From: an uncultured Pelagibacteraceae bacterium
GTDB lineage: Bacteria; Pseudomonadota; Alphaproteobacteria; Pelagibacterales; Pelagibacteraceae
NCBI GenBank assembly: GCA_902555465.1
Contig: CACDSN010000004.1
Span: 14,860-78,859, forward strand
DNA: 64,000 nt
Direction: 5' to 3'
The notes under the pieces were generated by a model. The model was not told where the DNA came from and searched no databases. It saw only the letters and a program-made list of their open reading frames with translations. This document shows positions 60,940-64,000 of this stretch, in pieces (positions within the stretch are counted from its first letter, which is position 1; each line of letters opens with the position of its first letter). The translations under genes and the position numbers were made by a program.

Positions 60940-61248
60940 ATGGAAAAACAAAATATTAGAATCAAACTTAGAGCTTACGATAATAAAATTTTAGATCAAT
61001 CAACAGAGGAAATTGTTAACACTGTTAAAAGAACTGGAGCAAATATAAAAGGTCCAATACCACTTCCAACAAAGATTGAAAGATATACAGTTTTAAGATC
61101 ACCACATATAGATAAAAAAAGTAGAGAACAATTTGAAACAAGAACACATAAAAGATTAATTGATATTATTGAACCAACACCACAAACCGTTGAAGCACTA
61201 ATGAAATTAGATTTAGCTTCTGGTGTAGATGTAGAGATAAAAATATGA
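60940..61248 (+). CDS. rpsJ: 30S ribosomal protein S10
   Basis: 102 aa with IRIKLRAYD...GPIPLPT. Confidence 0.97.
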   Translation: MEKQNIRIKLRAYDNKILDQSTEEIVNTVKRTGANIKGPIPLPTKIERYTVLRSPHIDKKSREQFETRTHKRLIDIIEPTPQTVEALMKLDLASGVDVEIKI

Positions 61249-61955
61249 GTAGTTTAGAGCTAGTTGGAAAAAAACTTGGCATGACAAGAGAATTTTATGA
61301 AACTGGTCAATCTGTTCCAGTTACTGTAATTAAAATGGAAAAAGCAAGAGTAATCGGTCTTATTGAAAAAGAAAAAAGAGGATATACAGCCATTCAGTTA
61401 GGTTTTGGAAATATTAAAAGTTCAAAATTATCAAAGCAAATGAAAGGTTTTTTTGCAAAAAAGAATACTGAGCCAAAAAAAATTCTTAAAGAAATAAGAA
61501 TTGATAATATTTCTGAATATAAAGAAGGGAACGAATTTGGAATTGAAATATTTGAAAATGTTAAGTTTGTTGATGTTACTGCAAAAACTATAGGAAAAGG
61601 TTTCGCAGGAGCTATGAAAAGGCATAATTTTAGTGGTTTAAGAGCTTCACATGGTGTTTCGATATCTCATAGATCTCATGGATCAACAGGACAAAGACAA
61701 GATCCTGGTAAAGTTTTTAAAAATAAAAAAATGGCTGGCCATATGGGTGATAAATATAGAACAATTCAAAATCTTGAAATTATAAAAAAAGACTTAGATA
61801 ATCAGCTTCTTTTTTTAAAAGGCTCTATACCTGGATCTAAGAATAGTGAAGTAATGATAAAAAAATCAATTAAAAACATAAACAAATTAACTGTAGCTGA
61901 GAAAATTGAAGCAGTAAAAAAAGCAAAAAGCATAGCAGACAAAAAAAAGAAATAA
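61245..61955 (+). CDS. rplC: 50S ribosomal protein L3
   Basis: 236 aa with a [13 protein letters not shown] segment and a Lys-rich C-terminal tail. Confidence 0.95.
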   Translation: MSSLELVGKKLGMTREFYETGQSVPVTVIKMEKARVIGLIEKEKRGYTAIQLGFGNIKSSKLSKQMKGFFAKKNTEPKKILKEIRIDNISEYKEGNEFGIEIFENVKFVDVTAKTIGKGFAGAMKRHNFSGLRASHGVSISHRSHGSTGQRQDPGKVFKNKKMAGHMGDKYRTIQNLEIIKKDLDNQLLFLKGSIPGSKNSEVMIKKSIKNINKLTVAEKIEAVKKAKSIADKKKK

Positions 61956-61958
61956 AAT

Positions 61959-62579
61959 ATGATACTTAACAAATTATCAATTGACGGCAAAAAAAATTCA
62001 CTTGAGCTTACAGATAAAATTTTTACGAGTAAAATTAACAGGAAATTAATAAGTGAAATTTTGTATAAAAATATAGCAAATTTCAAAGGAAGAAAAGCAA
62101 AGACAAAACAAAAAAATGAAATAGTTGGCTCAACTTCAAAAATATATGCACAAAAAGGAACCGGTAATGCTAGACACGCAAGTAGAAAAGCACCAATATT
62201 TGTAGGTGGAGGTGTTGCTCATGGTCCTAAAGGACAAAATTCTTATAAAATAAGAAAACTTAACAAAAAAGAAAAAAAGTTAGGATTAGCTTCAATAATT
62301 TCAGATAAAAATAATAACAAAGATTTAATTATTTTTGAAGATTTTTCAAAAGAAATTAAAAAAACCAAAGAAATGTTTGCACTATTAAAAAAAAATAATG
62401 CTACAAACTCAACTATCATATTAGATAAAACTTCCAATGAAAAAGTTGGAAGATCTTTGAAGAATATTCCTGATATTAAAGTTTGTGATACTGCAAATAT
62501 ATCTTTATATGATTTAATAAAATATAAAAAAGTAATTTTTACTGAAACATCAATTAAAGAATTGGAAAAAAGATACTAA
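61959..62579 (+). CDS. rplD: 50S ribosomal protein L4
   Basis: 206 aa with QKGTGNARHAS...GGGVAHGPK. Confidence 0.95.
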   Translation: MILNKLSIDGKKNSLELTDKIFTSKINRKLISEILYKNIANFKGRKAKTKQKNEIVGSTSKIYAQKGTGNARHASRKAPIFVGGGVAHGPKGQNSYKIRKLNKKEKKLGLASIISDKNNNKDLIIFEDFSKEIKKTKEMFALLKKNNATNSTIILDKTSNEKVGRSLKNIPDIKVCDTANISLYDLIKYKKVIFTETSIKELEKRY

Positions 62580-62875
62580 TGAGCTTAAAAACAAATATTT
62601 ATGATAATATAATCAGTCCTATAGTTACTGAAAAATCAACTAACCAGTCTGAACTAAATAAAATTGTATTTAAGGTAAATAAAAATTTTAATAAAAAAAT
62701 GATAAAGAAAAATATTGAAAAAATATTTAAAGTAGAAGTAACAAAAATAAATATTGTTAATAAAAGACGTAAAATAAAGTCTACAAGAGGAAGAAAAGTT
62801 AAAATATCAGGTTATAAAAAAGCAATAGTTACTCTTAAAAAGGGTCAAAATATAGATTTAACAACAGGAATTTAA
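62579..62875 (+). CDS. rplW: 50S ribosomal protein L23
   Basis: 98 aa. The S10-operon position and an L23-like sequence (PIVTEKS) support the call. Confidence 0.93.
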   Translation: MSLKTNIYDNIISPIVTEKSTNQSELNKIVFKVNKNFNKKMIKKNIEKIFKVEVTKINIVNKRRKIKSTRGRKVKISGYKKAIVTLKKGQNIDLTTGI

Positions 62876-62879
62876 AAAA

Positions 62880-63707
62880 ATGGCTTTAAAACAATACAAA
62901 CCCTACACTAAAACAACTAGATCTACCGTTCTTATTGATAGATCTGGATTATGGAAAGGAAAACCTTATAAATCTCTAACCGCGCCAAATAAATCTGTTA
63001 AAGGTAGAAATAATTTAGGAAGAATAACATCTAGAAACCACGGCGGTGGACATAAACAAAAATACAGATTAATCGATTTTTACAGAAAAAAATTCGATGT
63101 TGTTGGAAGTATAGAAAGAATTGAATATGATCCAAATAGATCTTGTCACATAATGTTAGTGAAATTTGATGATGGAGAAAAAACATATTATCTAGCACCT
63201 CAAAAAATAAAAGTTGGAGATAAAATTCAAAATGGTCCAAACTCAGAAATTAAAATAGGAAATACATTGCCATTAAAAGATATCCCTGTAGGAATTGATA
63301 TACATAATGTTGAAATTCAACCAGGTGGTGGAGGGAAAATTGCTAGAGCCGCTGGTGCTCATGTAACTATCTCTGGGTCAGATGGTAGTTATTCAATTAT
63401 TAAAATGACATCTGGAGAAGTAAGAAAAATTGATTCAAGATGTTTAGCAACTATAGGTGTGTTATCCAATCCAGATCAAAAAAATATTAGTATTGGTAAA
63501 GCTGGTAGATCAAGATGGTTAGGTAGAAGACCTCACACTAGAGGAGTAGCGATGAATCCAGTTGACCACCCGCACGGTGGTGGTGAAGGAAAAACTGCCG
63601 GTGGAAGACATCCTGTATCACCCTCAGGAGTTTCAGCAAAAGGTTTAAAAACAAGAGATAATAAAAGAACTGATAAATTTATAATTAGAAGAAGGGGTAA
63701 AAAATAA
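62880..63707 (+). CDS. rplB: 50S ribosomal protein L2
   Basis: 275 aa with a [23 protein letters not shown] segment. Confidence 0.98.
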   Translation: MALKQYKPYTKTTRSTVLIDRSGLWKGKPYKSLTAPNKSVKGRNNLGRITSRNHGGGHKQKYRLIDFYRKKFDVVGSIERIEYDPNRSCHIMLVKFDDGEKTYYLAPQKIKVGDKIQNGPNSEIKIGNTLPLKDIPVGIDIHNVEIQPGGGGKIARAAGAHVTISGSDGSYSIIKMTSGEVRKIDSRCLATIGVLSNPDQKNISIGKAGRSRWLGRRPHTRGVAMNPVDHPHGGGEGKTAGGRHPVSPSGVSAKGLKTRDNKRTDKFIIRRRGKK

Positions 63708-63709
63708 TT

Positions 63710-64000
63710 ATGGCTAGATCTGTATGGAAAGGACCATTTGTCGAAGAAAGCTTAATTAAAAAAGTTGAAAAGCAAAAAAATAATCCAAATAGGAAACCTA
63801 TTAAAACATGGTCAAGAAAATCAACAATTTTACCAGATTTCGTCGGTATAAGTTTTTTAATTTATAATGGAAAAAAGTTTATACCAATTACAATATCGGA
63901 AGATATGGTAGGTCATAAATTTGGTGAATTTGCTCCAACAAGACAATTTTTTGGTCATACACCAGCTGATAAAAAAGCTAAGGAGGCAGCACCTGAAGCT
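63710..64000 (+). CDS. rpsS: 30S ribosomal protein S19 (no stop reached before the window end)
   Basis: Absent from the track because there is no stop in the window. Hand translation: [97 protein letters not shown]..., which aligns with S19 along its whole length. Confidence 0.93.
   Translation, partial: MARSVWKGPFVEESLIKKVEKQKNNPNRKPIKTWSRKSTILPDFVGISFLIYNGKKFIPITISEDMVGHKFGEFAPTRQFFGHTPADKKAKEAAPEA

Overview
The window is very AT-rich and extremely gene-dense. Start and stop codons often overlap (ATGA, TAATG), and many intergenic spacers are 0-25 nt. Composition, gene content and architecture look like a streamlined marine alphaproteobacterium of the SAR11/Pelagibacterales type; this is inference from the sequence, not from a database search. 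I support about 75 protein-coding genes and 5 tRNAs, and found no rRNA, CRISPR array, IS element, integrase or prophage.

Most of the window is core metabolism and information processing:
- rpoZ, dusA, and class I ribonucleotide reductase nrdAB
- methylcitrate-cycle operon prpD-prpB-prpC
- glmS, class II DAHP synthase, nadE, cysS, citramalate synthase, rpsD
- one long minus-strand operon: sfsA-map-purB-purC-purS-purQ-purL-bolA-grxD
- an unbroken 18.7 kb plus-strand array: tRNA-Tyr, tRNA-Gly, tuf, tRNA-Trp, secE, nusG, rplKAJL, rpoBC, rpsLG, fusA, rpsJ, rplCDWB, rpsS

The clearly accessory part is a glycan-modification island at about 36.4-43.4 kb, between azlCD and tRNA-Leu. It encodes:
- a SAM methyltransferase
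- a TylCIII-like sugar C-methyltransferase
- a GDP-mannose-4,6-dehydratase-family enzyme
- a polyprenyl-phosphate-type GT2
- a cupin
- a DegT aminotransferase
- a large multi-pass membrane protein with GT-C-like architecture, split by a frameshift in a T9 tract

I read this island as an Arn/Gtr-style lipid-carrier periplasmic glycosylation route for a branched amino-deoxy sugar. It is the best candidate for an undescribed system in the window.

Other points worth a second look:
- a stand-alone GlmU acetyltransferase domain with no uridyltransferase domain
- a second methyltransferase plus GT-C-like pair after rpsD
- a perfect 17-bp palindrome with a third half-site at the nadE/cysS junction
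- an NrdR-box-like palindrome upstream of nrdA
- nadK wedged between two tRNAs
- no intergenic room for the classical ribosomal-protein autoregulatory leaders
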